Positions 48,859 to 58,386 of a stretch of DNA of 64,000 nucleotides are shown here, one piece after another. The DNA lies in assembly GCA_020845775.1 (NCBI GenBank), contig JADLFC010000116.1, positions 7,710-71,709 of the forward strand, written 5' to 3'. Source of the DNA: Deltaproteobacteria bacterium. Lineage in GTDB: Bacteria; Bdellovibrionota_C; UBA2361; SZUA-149; JADLFC01. Every line of letters begins with the position of its first letter. Within the stretch, counting starts at the first letter, position 1. The translations under genes were made by a program, and so were the position numbers. Below the pieces are notes generated by a model. The model made no database searches. It was not told the DNA's origin and saw only the letters and a list, made by a program, of their open reading frames with translations.

Positions 48859-49677
48859 ATGGGCTTATTAAAACTTCGCCCCACTGAGGCAGGCAGGACA
48901 AAAGAGCCGCAGCAGATGACTGCGACTCGAAAAAGTAACGGTATCGTCCAACCTGGCCATAGCGACCACGGAGAATTAGATCCTAACTCTATATTGCCAA
49001 ACACCGATTTGAGCGCGACGGTTGGTGCCTTTGAAACGCGCATGCAGCGAAAAAAGAAGCAGCTCGAGCAAGCTAACGATCTAGCTGGCATAGCTGCTAA
49101 ACAAAGACAAGCGCTCATGCTAGAAACAATGATGAATATACGCAAATCCCTCGTCAAGGTTTCTCGAATAGATCTAGGGCCTCGTTTTTATTTCTCTATG
49201 GATTTTGATGACTGGCAAGGGTGGCCCCGGCTCATTGTTCGCCTGAATGATTCCTTGCTACAAGAAGACGATTATCCATTCTTTCAAGTACTCGCCTACG
49301 ACAGAAATTCAAAGGCCACCATAGAGGTTAACCCAGGCAATACTGCGAAACCCGAAAAAATTTTTTTAGATAAAGAAATCGATCTAAAAAGAATGCCTGT
49401 GTTGTTAAAAAAATGTGTTCGGCTCTTCTTGGACGAAATTGAGAATATTATACTAGCAACAGAAAAAGAACTGGAGGAACTAGAATCTACTGAACTAAAA
49501 GCAAAGGATCTGGCTCAGTTTCATGAAAATCAGCCTGAAGCCCCAAACAACGATATTTCTGGCGATCTCTTTGCAGATGACGAAGAGCACAATAACTTCC
49601 TAGAGCAACTTCCACAGCTCGATTGCGTGGAAATGTTAAGCGAAAACATACTCAATCCAGAGTTGGACGGCGAGTAG
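48859..49677 (+). CDS. Hypothetical protein with an acidic C-terminal tail
   Basis: 272-aa ORF preceded by a 260-bp AT-rich leader; no motif recognised. Confidence 0.4.
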   Translation: MGLLKLRPTEAGRTKEPQQMTATRKSNGIVQPGHSDHGELDPNSILPNTDLSATVGAFETRMQRKKKQLEQANDLAGIAAKQRQALMLETMMNIRKSLVKVSRIDLGPRFYFSMDFDDWQGWPRLIVRLNDSLLQEDDYPFFQVLAYDRNSKATIEVNPGNTAKPEKIFLDKEIDLKRMPVLLKKCVRLFLDEIENIILATEKELEELESTELKAKDLAQFHENQPEAPNNDISGDLFADDEEHNNFLEQLPQLDCVEMLSENILNPELDGE

Positions 49678-49702
49678 CAGCGATACTACTCTACAACAAT
49701 TC

Positions 49703-51199
49703 TCATCTGGCTCCCACGGGTTTCTGTAAAAGTTGCCCTAACGTTAAGAGCAATCCCATAAAAAACAGAGCTATCATGCAGACTTCTCCATCGCCAAAGT
49801 TATATTCTGCAAGCCCTGCCACTTGCCAACCCACAAGACCGCAAGACAAAAATAATCCCAGCAACGCGCCTTCTCGCACGTTAAGATCCACTGCACCTTT
49901 GTTTGTTTGCCAGATAACAAATCCCATTTTAATTGCCACAAACATCCACCATATATATACCATCATTCCTAGCCATCCATTTTCTACGGCCACATTGAGT
50001 AAATTATTGTGCATGTGCCTATGGAGCTCTGGCAAAGACGGATCGAGATTTCGCATGACTTGTGCATTGTCAAGGCCAAGACCAACTGGAAAGCGTTGAG
50101 CTAGTTCACTACCTATCTCCCACATATATTGCCTGCCGCCACTGATAACAAAATCATCGACTAACTGCATCAGACGGGTTCGCGCTGGCGCTAACGCGAC
50201 AAGTGTTGCCATTATAAAAAAAACTGTAAAAAAAATTAAACGCCTAGACAATAACACTCCCACTATCAGTAGCTCCAAACACACACCAAGCCAGGGGCCA
50301 CGCTTCAAATTTATTAGGAACACCGCAAACAGCGTAGCAATTCCAAATAATAGAAAACGCCTAACATGCACGCCGTTTAGCCGACCCATTGTGAGTTCCT
50401 TACCGACGCAATGCCTAGAAAAGTTAAAAACAAACATCGGCAATAGCATTCCCATTATGCCGAGTGCTAGGAAAATTCGAACAACTGGGCTAAACCACAA
50501 AACTCGATTTAGACCAAACACGTCCGGCCACGCAATTATTAACACGCCTAGAAAAACACTTACTGCCATAGCTGCTTCGCTAGCTTTCTTATGAGATAAG
50601 GCGCTCGGTTTTGCGGCTGAAGTACGGCCCAATGCAGAAATGAACCAAAGTCCAATAACCCCCGCAATTACTAAGACCAATTGGCCCGATTCAGTCACAG
50701 CGCCCGGCGGCTTAAGCGAATGGACCAAAACATCATTAAAGCCAACATTAATAGTCCTATAAACCCCGGCGATAATTTGGCTAAGCAATAGACAAAATAA
50801 GTAACACTTCATTCTGCCCAAACGAACCTCAGCATTAAGCCGAAAACTGCTAAGTGACGTGAATACACAAAATGGCAACAATAAATAGATACTCATTTTA
50901 AAAGCCTCTTCTAGCGCCCGGCCGGAATTCATTCCTACTAAAGCAGATACAAAAGAGATTGTTACCCAATACATTATAGGAGCGGTTAGCTGGTGGGCAT
51001 ATATTGCTTGCAGCTCGCTAGATTGGTCATTGAACCTATTACCAAGAGAAATCTGCTTTACCAGATATGCGATCCAATAAAGCAACGTCACCACTATTAT
51101 GGTTTGAGAAAGACCTATAGAAAGACCAGAGGCAAGACAATAACCCGCTAACGCAAAGTGAGAATATTTAGAGAATCTCGAGTTTGTAAGGAGCTCCAC
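49703..51199 (-). CDS. O-antigen ligase / Wzy_C-family polytopic membrane protein
   Basis: Wzy_C signature HMHNNLLNVAVENGWLGMMVY in a periplasmic loop; about 12 transmembrane helices. Confidence 0.7.
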   Translation of the reverse strand: MELLTNSRFSKYSHFALAGYCLASGLSIGLSQTIIVVTLLYWIAYLVKQISLGNRFNDQSSELQAIYAHQLTAPIMYWVTISFVSALVGMNSGRALEEAFKMSIYLLLPFCVFTSLSSFRLNAEVRLGRMKCYLFCLLLSQIIAGVYRTINVGFNDVLVHSLKPPGAVTESGQLVLVIAGVIGLWFISALGRTSAAKPSALSHKKASEAAMAVSVFLGVLIIAWPDVFGLNRVLWFSPVVRIFLALGIMGMLLPMFVFNFSRHCVGKELTMGRLNGVHVRRFLLFGIATLFAVFLINLKRGPWLGVCLELLIVGVLLSRRLIFFTVFFIMATLVALAPARTRLMQLVDDFVISGGRQYMWEIGSELAQRFPVGLGLDNAQVMRNLDPSLPELHRHMHNNLLNVAVENGWLGMMVYIWWMFVAIKMGFVIWQTNKGAVDLNVREGALLGLFLSCGLVGWQVAGLAEYNFGDGEVCMIALFFMGLLLTLGQLLQKPVGAR

Positions 51200-51215
51200 C
51201 TAATTCTAGCCCGAA

Positions 51216-52325
51216 CTAACGCGCAATGACTTTAGTAGACGTCCTGCGGCCTTCTACTAGTCTTGTCAAAAGCAATATATCCTGGCTTACAACATCCTTA
51301 ATCTGCTCAAGGCCACCTGCTATTTGTCGAAGTTCGTCTCGATCCCGAGATACCTTAAACTGTCCTCTTAAAACATCTAGCGAAACACCGGACTTTGTCT
51401 TTAAACTAGCAATTTTAATACTAATATCTCTCCGACTAGCTTTAGCGCTGTCGAGTAAATCTTTGCGTTTACCAATAAGGCGCTGAACTACAGAAAATGC
51501 CTCGCCTAGCTCTTTCTTAGCAACGGACACGTCCTCCACTTTTGGTAGCTCGCGTCTTACTTCAGGTTTCTTGGCCAATGATGGTTCGACATCGCCAATC
51601 AAATTAGCCCTAGCTTGGGAATCGGAAAATAGTGGCGATGGCACAGTTTCTTGCGCTTCTGACATAGATTGTTTCTCGATCTGTTTCTCAATCTTTGCAT
51701 TTGCCAGCTCTAGATTCCCTTCTAAACCTTTGATGGACTGCTGAGCAGTTTCTACCGCGCTTATTGCCTCAGCTAATTGCTGCTGGAGCGTTGCAACAGC
51801 CTCGTCTTTCGCTTTCACTGAAGCTCTTAGCTGAATATTTTCTTCTTCAGCGGAGGACAAATTTTTCTGACCGTTCTTATCTATTACCAGGCGCTCGGCA
51901 ATCTGTTTCTCCAACTGCGCTATTTTTATCTGAAGAGGAGAAATAGCCGAAATACAGTCCACTGACATTCTCGCCGGCAACTCAGTGTTAGACACTTTAG
52001 TAGTTCTCGGAGGTTTTAGCTCTCTCTCTTCGAGCTCAACACTCCTCACCTTTCCTCCGCTAGCCTTTAGCGAACTAATAATTTGGCGCTTTTCTTCTAG
52101 TTCATCTTCCAATGACATTACCTGTCGCTTGAGATCGTCAACTGTAACTTCTAGTTCGGCCAAGTGATCTGTAATCCTATACCCATCCTTATCGATGCGG
52201 TAAGCTTTACCAGTTCTAAGCCTACCGAAATTCTTGCTCACCGACTCATCTTCTGCAAAAACAGAGAGAGGTAAAAAAATAACGATGTTCAATACAGCCA
52301 ATAATTTAGCAACTCTCAAATTCAT
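51216..52325 (-). CDS. Secreted coiled-coil protein
   Basis: Signal peptide LPLSVFAED, then long heptad-rich Glu/Lys/Gln segments. Confidence 0.5.
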   Translation of the reverse strand: MNLRVAKLLAVLNIVIFLPLSVFAEDESVSKNFGRLRTGKAYRIDKDGYRITDHLAELEVTVDDLKRQVMSLEDELEEKRQIISSLKASGGKVRSVELEERELKPPRTTKVSNTELPARMSVDCISAISPLQIKIAQLEKQIAERLVIDKNGQKNLSSAEEENIQLRASVKAKDEAVATLQQQLAEAISAVETAQQSIKGLEGNLELANAKIEKQIEKQSMSEAQETVPSPLFSDSQARANLIGDVEPSLAKKPEVRRELPKVEDVSVAKKELGEAFSVVQRLIGKRKDLLDSAKASRRDISIKIASLKTKSGVSLDVLRGQFKVSRDRDELRQIAGGLEQIKDVVSQDILLLTRLVEGRRTSTKVIAR

Positions 52326-52427
52326 ATCTCAGTTACCCAGCTAAACTTTTGATTATTTCCACGAATCAAGCTATATAATTCGCGATTGGATATATACCAT
52401 TCGTAGGAAGCTACATTATTACCCAGT

Positions 52428-52466
52428 GTCGATATTACACGTCGATATTACACGTCGATATCAAAC
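52428..52466. repeat. Three tandem 13-mers GTCGATATTACAC, GTCGATATTACAC, GTCGATATCAAAC in a divergent promoter region
   Basis: Read directly from the sequence; lies between the divergent genes at 51216-52325 (-) and 52586-53980 (+). Confidence 0.8.
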
Positions 52467-52585
52467 ATGGGGAAGGCTTTTCCACTCGGTAAATATTAAC
52501 AAAAAAACAGTATTTTCCTGTTTCCGTATAACAGTAAATTAGCTCTAAAGCAATCAAAAATCTTAAACCTTAATGAGCAGGCTAT

Positions 52586-53980
52586 TTGAAAATTACTTTA
52601 AGGCCATATGAGGTAACGATGACTATACGAGATGCTAATACCTCTTTTGATTACAGCACCGAGGGCGAAATCAGTAATTCCACCACTACAAGAGATAGCC
52701 TGCCTGGCGAATTAATATACTCAGATGAGCTAAAATATCTAAACAAAAACCATTCCTTTCCACTGGAGATAACTGCTGACGGTCAAGGGTTATCTAGAAA
52801 GTCTTTGTTTAATGGCATAACGACTAAACTAAAACACACACTTACACTGGCTCCTCTTCAGAACTACCTAGCGAGGCAACAGCAGTTTTACGCTAACCTG
52901 ATTCGATTTTTAAACCACCTAAGCACATATATCGATAGCCGCGATTGGCAAATAATAAAGAAAATAGACAAAGACGTTCGCCAAACCAACGAGCGGCTAG
53001 AAAGAGCTAACGACGACGCAATTGCTACCATTAGATCGTCCGAGCGAAGTACTATTGAAGCTCTCAATAACGGCATGCATGAGTTAAATCTATATATCGC
53101 GACGCTACAGGAAAAAAGTGCTGAACATCAATTTAAGCTAGACACGCTCGATTCGATAACTAAGGGACTGGAAAAAATAGTCGTTCAAATAAATAGCAAT
53201 CTAAACAACATAATAGATGCAAAACGGCATATCTCTGCTAAAGCACCTCCTTTGGATGAGACCTACAAGCCGGCTCTATGCGATCTGGACTATTCGTACT
53301 TATTGCTGGAAAACCGCTTCAGAGGAAGTGAAGATGAGATACGAAAGCGACTTTCAATTTACCCTCCGATCTTTCAAGGCAGCAGTAAACCCATACTAGA
53401 AATCGGCTCAGGGCGCGGCGAACTGCAATCTCTATTTAAGGTTAAGAATATTCCGAGCTACGGCCTAGATTTAGACAAGGCAATGGTAGAACATTGCAGA
53501 TCCATGGACTTAGACGTTAGATTTGAAAATGGCATGACGCACCTTGCAAGCCTGGCTAACCACAGCCTAGGTGGCGTAATAGCCATACAGGTAATTGAAC
53601 ATCTTTCGCAGAAGCAGATTACAGAGTTAATTGGCCTTTGTAAGGACAAAGTGGAAAAAGGTGGAAAAGTTGTCTTTGAAACAATTAACTCCGACTCAAT
53701 GATAGCACTTACGCGAAATTACTTTAGAGACCCCACGCACGTGTGGCCACTTCATCCAGACACAATGAGCTTTCTAATAAACTTGCAAGGCTTAAAAGTC
53801 GTAGAAGTGAGGAAGCTCTCTCCTTTCCCACAAAATGCCGAACTCTGCGAAATCCCCCATGAAGATTACATGACACCGAAATGGATTCATAGCGTTAACT
53901 TGCTCAATCGAAATTTCAAGCTATTAAACGAGCTGCTTTTTGGCTATCAGGATTATTGCGTTATTGCAGAAGTGGAGTAG
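52586..53980 (+). CDS. Coiled-coil protein with a C-terminal class I SAM-dependent methyltransferase domain
   Basis: Motif I ILEIGSGRGEL; acidic motif II GLDLD; about 230 aa of N-terminal coiled coil. Confidence 0.65.
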   Translation: MKITLRPYEVTMTIRDANTSFDYSTEGEISNSTTTRDSLPGELIYSDELKYLNKNHSFPLEITADGQGLSRKSLFNGITTKLKHTLTLAPLQNYLARQQQFYANLIRFLNHLSTYIDSRDWQIIKKIDKDVRQTNERLERANDDAIATIRSSERSTIEALNNGMHELNLYIATLQEKSAEHQFKLDTLDSITKGLEKIVVQINSNLNNIIDAKRHISAKAPPLDETYKPALCDLDYSYLLLENRFRGSEDEIRKRLSIYPPIFQGSSKPILEIGSGRGELQSLFKVKNIPSYGLDLDKAMVEHCRSMDLDVRFENGMTHLASLANHSLGGVIAIQVIEHLSQKQITELIGLCKDKVEKGGKVVFETINSDSMIALTRNYFRDPTHVWPLHPDTMSFLINLQGLKVVEVRKLSPFPQNAELCEIPHEDYMTPKWIHSVNLLNRNFKLLNELLFGYQDYCVIAEVE

Positions 53981-53989
53981 CATCCGTTT

Positions 53990-55063
53990 GTGTCAACAAT
54001 CGCAATTCTCAATGTAAAGTTTTCCCACACCAGCGGCGGAGCGGAGATTCTCGGCCAAGCACTTGTGCGAGAGTTGGAGAAACGAAATCATGAAGTACAT
54101 CTGCTAGAGTTGCCTTTAGTCTTTCATCCCAAAGAAAGCTTATTAAATCAAGTAGCGTTTTGGCGTTCGTTCTCTGTAGAGCGAGCCTTAGGCAAACGAG
54201 TAGATCTAATAATCGCAACTAAATTCCCAACTTATTACATTCGCCACTCGCTAAAAAGCATTTGGTTAATTCATCAGCATCGGCAAATTTACGATCTCTT
54301 TGGCACTCGCTATAGTGATTTTTCTGACGATCCGCGCGATGAACAATTGAGGCACATGCTAACCGATGGCGACATTAAAGTTATTGGAGAAGCAGATTAC
54401 GTATCGGCTATTTCTGCCACAGTAGCCAATAGGCTACACCATTATTGCGACATTGACGCCTCTGTTCTATATCCCCCGCTACCTCTTGGCAGTCGTTACT
54501 ACAACTCGCCTGCCGATAACTACATATTGTCCGTAGGACGCCTAGTTGGCATCAAACGAGTTGATCTCGCCATAAAAGCCCTATCCATAGTGCATCCATT
54601 TGTAAAACTTAGGATTGTAGGAATTGCCGAGGATCCACTTATAATGGATTATTATCGCGCTGAAATTAATAGGCTGGGACTCAGCACGCGGGTTGAGTTC
54701 CTTGGCCGCGTGAGCGACGAGGAGCTTTTGGAACTTTATAGTCGCTGTCTAGCGGTATACTATGCGCCTTACGATGAGGATTACGGTTTTGTAACATTAG
54801 AGGCTTTTGCATCTGCAAAGCCCGTAATAACAGCTAGCGATAGCGGTGGGACATTGGAATTCGTTAGACATATGCAGAACGGACTAGTGCTATCTCCGGA
54901 TCCGGATACCATAGGCCATGCAATCAATTCGCTTATCGCCAATCCGGATCTGAACAACGAAATGGGACGAGCAGGTCGGCAGTTTATCTGCGACTCGGGC
55001 CTGCTTGGCAGTTCCTGGGATGCGGTGATTAACTCTTTATTGTCCCCTATAGGTAGGAGATAA
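53990..55063 (+). CDS. GT4 glycosyltransferase
   Basis: EDYGFVTLEAFASAKPVITASDSGGTLEFV is the GT4 EX7E region. Confidence 0.75.
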   Translation: MSTIAILNVKFSHTSGGAEILGQALVRELEKRNHEVHLLELPLVFHPKESLLNQVAFWRSFSVERALGKRVDLIIATKFPTYYIRHSLKSIWLIHQHRQIYDLFGTRYSDFSDDPRDEQLRHMLTDGDIKVIGEADYVSAISATVANRLHHYCDIDASVLYPPLPLGSRYYNSPADNYILSVGRLVGIKRVDLAIKALSIVHPFVKLRIVGIAEDPLIMDYYRAEINRLGLSTRVEFLGRVSDEELLELYSRCLAVYYAPYDEDYGFVTLEAFASAKPVITASDSGGTLEFVRHMQNGLVLSPDPDTIGHAINSLIANPDLNNEMGRAGRQFICDSGLLGSSWDAVINSLLSPIGRR

Positions 55064-55065
55064 CA

Positions 55066-56382
55066 ATGAGAACTAGAATAGCTTGGTTTTCTCCGCTAAA
55101 CACCAATCCTGCACGTCCGACTAACAGCGTAAGTGCTTATGTTAGCGATGAGTTATTGGACTATTTAAGCAGCTCATTTGACATAGATTTGTTTCACGAT
55201 TCATTTGAAAAGTACAAGAATTATTCAACGCATCACTATTTGACAGCTTATCGTAGGCACCGAACTAACCCCTATGACATTTTCTTTTACCAAGTAGAGG
55301 ATCATCCCGCTTCAGATTTTACTAGGTTCCACGTTGGCCTTGCGCCTGGTATTACCTGGTTCCACGACACCTTTTTCTTGCGCGATTTACCAACCCCTCT
55401 TCACAATAGCCCCTGGCGACAAATCATAGAAAAGTTTAACAATTCTTCTCTGAACTGGCCTGAGCGAGATAGTCATTATCCGCGGAGCCTGCCATTTGCG
55501 ATTAGGGAGTGTTGCCAAAGCTTTGTAAACATTTTTTCTAGCGAGCGATATTTAGATACCTATAGAATAGAAAGGGGAAATACTCTCAAAGATGTTCCAC
55601 ACGCATTGGCCTATTACTTGCCCATCCCCGTGGATGGCAGTTCGTTATACTCCACAAGGCGGCAGCAATACTTTATGACAAAGATAGCTTACTGCGGGCT
55701 TCCAAACCTAGAGCACAGGGCTCACAAATTGCTGTCTGCCCTCTCGCAGCTAGACAACCAATGTCAGCTTGTTTGGCTGCTGGAGGAAAGTGAGTTAAGC
55801 CAGGCAAGGGATTTACTTAAGGAATTTGAAATCTCAGATGTTACTTTTAAAACCCCTAGGACACCTGCTCACTGGAAGGAAATTGTAGAAACCGCTGAGA
55901 TAGCGATTCATACTCTTTTTTCTGTTTATGGCCATACCGAACCATATCTTTCTATTAGCCTAATGGCTGGCGTGCCATCGATAGTAACTAACTTTGCTAA
56001 TAATGAGCTATTGCCGAGCGGCGTTGTGCAAAAGATTTATGCCGGTTACGGCGAAGCCGAAGAAATAGCAAACGCTATTCGGAAAATCCTGGACGAGCCA
56101 GAAAAATTTCGAGCCGTCGCCAAAAACTACGCCCGGGAAAAGTCTTCTAGCTACTGTATTGCCGGGGAATTAAATGATATTTTCGAGAGCACTCTTTTTC
56201 ATATACGCAAACAAAGACAGCGCTGGACCGAGTTTGAACATCGTGCCGGCGAATCCTTGATACAAGAGTGCCGCTCTAATTACCAGCATCTACTCGACGC
56301 CTGCCGAACTTTCGCCAATTATTCTTCGCCTGATTGGCAGCTAGACTGCCAGTCAGGGTATTCCGATCTTGGGTGGACATGA
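55066..56382 (+). CDS. Hypothetical protein, possibly a GT4-like glycosyltransferase
   Basis: N-terminus RIAWFSPLNTNPARPTNSVSAYVSDEL resembles the GT4 KIAFFSPLPP...SGIADY start; 3-bp gap to the upstream GT4 gene. Confidence 0.35.
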   Translation: MRTRIAWFSPLNTNPARPTNSVSAYVSDELLDYLSSSFDIDLFHDSFEKYKNYSTHHYLTAYRRHRTNPYDIFFYQVEDHPASDFTRFHVGLAPGITWFHDTFFLRDLPTPLHNSPWRQIIEKFNNSSLNWPERDSHYPRSLPFAIRECCQSFVNIFSSERYLDTYRIERGNTLKDVPHALAYYLPIPVDGSSLYSTRRQQYFMTKIAYCGLPNLEHRAHKLLSALSQLDNQCQLVWLLEESELSQARDLLKEFEISDVTFKTPRTPAHWKEIVETAEIAIHTLFSVYGHTEPYLSISLMAGVPSIVTNFANNELLPSGVVQKIYAGYGEAEEIANAIRKILDEPEKFRAVAKNYAREKSSSYCIAGELNDIFESTLFHIRKQRQRWTEFEHRAGESLIQECRSNYQHLLDACRTFANYSSPDWQLDCQSGYSDLGWT

Positions 56383-56413
56383 AGTGCCTGTCGAAAAACG
56401 TGCTAATACATGC

Positions 56414-58342
56414 TTAGGAAAACATATAAGTAATATCGTCCCAGGGATGGCGATACAAAGTCTGTCTAAGGCGTTTTTGATCCATTACATGACCCACGAT
56501 ACCAATGGCTCTACCCACTACAAATAGGCCATTTAAAAATCCCAAGGCTACTATATCTGCTATCTCTTTTGCATCAAAAAGACCAGTTGATTCCAACATG
56601 TCTATGAAACTAACACCAACTGCTCCATCGACGTTCAATATTAATGTACCTTTTTTCTTTGTAGTAAATTTTTCAACTTCAATGGCATAATCGAGATACT
56701 TCGTGCTTGTGAAGTTTGCTCGCGCGAATTGCTTAATTAACTCGACGCGCTTATCAGGATTTTGTATTGACTTAACGCGATGCCCGATACCAGGAATCAC
56801 TTGCTCCTTCGCTTTCATCTCTTTGGCAAATTCCTCCGGAGATAGCCCTCGATCGCATGCATCTTTGAATGACTGGGCCGCCCCATCGATAGCACCTCCA
56901 AATAATGGGCCAATTGTGAGCATACCTGACGCCACTGCCGATACCAAATCCTTGCCAGCCCGCGCCGCAACAATTGCATTATGCGCACCAGAAACTGCTG
57001 GGCCATGATCTGCTACGACGACCAGCAACATGTCGATAAACCTCTTGGCGTAATCTGGCAGGTGCTTTTTAAACCATAATAATCCAATAGTTCCACCAAC
57101 CCCATATCCCTCCTCGATAACACGAGAGATTTCGCAACCACTATAAGTAAGTTCCTCGCCGCGATCGTCGGAAATTGTAGAAATAAAGCTCGTCGGCTTC
57201 CTTACTAATCCCTTTTGTTGCGCAACTTTAAGGTCTATAGGAACGGTAACAGGCGGTGGAACGGAAATTTCTTTAACCTCTCCTCTTGCAACTAGCTCCC
57301 GATAAACATCGTGAATTAACTCCCCAAATTCATCATAAGACCGAGGAACAATAGCTCCTGCCTTAGCTAGCGCTTTGTTTTTTTCTGATGCATTTTCTTT
57401 TTGCCTATCTGCCCGTGCGCCGGCATGGCCAAACTGAACCTCGCCTGGGAAAAGCCGAGAACAGGTTCCTACCACCCATGCCACGAGTGGCTTAGTAATT
57501 GCGTTCGCTCGAAGCGCTTCGGCTATTTCATATTCTCCCTCGCCACCAACTTCTCCGAGAAGCACCAACATCTTTATGTCGGGATTAGCCTCAAATCGCA
57601 GCAAATGGTCGACAAGCCTGGAGCCGGGATATCTATCTCCACCAATGGAAATACCCTCGTTTAGGGCTGGGAAAAACTGCCCATCAGCATTTTTGGGCCC
57701 GCACGCCAATGCCATGGCATTGTACATTTCATTGGACATCCCACCAGATTTAGAAACAAAGCCGACAAAACCAGGAACATGTAAATGAGTCTGTATGATA
57801 TTTTCTATAGATCCAGCCGTATTTCCGATCTTAAAACAGCCTGGCTTTATGCCACCAACTGTGGCGGGGCCGATGATCCATTTCTTCCTCGAATCTGCTA
57901 CGACTATGAGCTCCTTAGTCCTCCTCTCGGATATCCCCTCAGCAACGATAGCCACGGTGCGAATAGAAGGCTGTTCCAACGCCTCGCGCGAAGGCTGGTA
58001 CGCCGATCGAAATGATGCAAAGTTAATAAACACATCCGCACTGCGGTGGCGCTGAACGGCATCCTCGATAGAACGATAAATTGGTATAAAGATTTCCTTA
58101 CTGCCCCAAAAGCAGGTATGAATACCTGGCCTCGATGGATACACTATGGCTGCAACAGATGGGGTTTTTCGTCTACAGGCAAAATCGAAATCTAACATAC
58201 GCTGAATCGCAGCGGTTTGATAATTGTAAATGATTGCTTGCGTATCGCTAGTAAAAAGTTGATAGTCCGCAGTTGCAGAACTATCTTCTTCAGAAAATCC
58301 AGATGCCTCCGCTAAATTGCCAGCCATGTGCGACATAACCAT
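56414..58342 (-). CDS. aclA: ATP-citrate lyase alpha subunit (CoA-binding and CoA-ligase domains plus citrate-synthase-like domain)
   Basis: Near-collinear with the eukaryotic ACLY C-terminal region: IIGPATVGGIKPGCFKIGNT, SKSGGMSNE, GGDRYPGS, catalytic QFGHAGA, TVADHGPAVSGAHN, GIGHRVKS and LYRHPWDDI. Confidence 0.9.
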   Translation of the reverse strand: MVMSHMAGNLAEASGFSEEDSSATADYQLFTSDTQAIIYNYQTAAIQRMLDFDFACRRKTPSVAAIVYPSRPGIHTCFWGSKEIFIPIYRSIEDAVQRHRSADVFINFASFRSAYQPSREALEQPSIRTVAIVAEGISERRTKELIVVADSRKKWIIGPATVGGIKPGCFKIGNTAGSIENIIQTHLHVPGFVGFVSKSGGMSNEMYNAMALACGPKNADGQFFPALNEGISIGGDRYPGSRLVDHLLRFEANPDIKMLVLLGEVGGEGEYEIAEALRANAITKPLVAWVVGTCSRLFPGEVQFGHAGARADRQKENASEKNKALAKAGAIVPRSYDEFGELIHDVYRELVARGEVKEISVPPPVTVPIDLKVAQQKGLVRKPTSFISTISDDRGEELTYSGCEISRVIEEGYGVGGTIGLLWFKKHLPDYAKRFIDMLLVVVADHGPAVSGAHNAIVAARAGKDLVSAVASGMLTIGPLFGGAIDGAAQSFKDACDRGLSPEEFAKEMKAKEQVIPGIGHRVKSIQNPDKRVELIKQFARANFTSTKYLDYAIEVEKFTTKKKGTLILNVDGAVGVSFIDMLESTGLFDAKEIADIVALGFLNGLFVVGRAIGIVGHVMDQKRLRQTLYRHPWDDITYMFS

Positions 58343-58386
58343 TCTAGTGTTTCTCCGTCATAATAAATAACACAAGTGATGTTCAG

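Noticed and set aside
49623-50099. 158-aa plus-strand ORF overlapping the O-antigen-ligase-family gene
   Set aside because: It is antisense to a polytopic membrane protein with a clear Wzy_C motif, and its translation is Pro/Ser/Thr-rich low complexity.
52428-52466. Considered whether the tandem 13-mers could be a minimal CRISPR array
   Set aside because: The repeats are directly adjacent with no spacers, there are only three units, the units are 13 nt long, and there are no cas genes in the window. This fits an operator or iteron-like array and not CRISPR.
56505-58055. Series of plus-strand ORFs of 61-101 aa across aclA
   Set aside because: They are antisense to an ACL alpha-subunit frame that aligns motif for motif with eukaryotic ACLY, so they cannot be coding.
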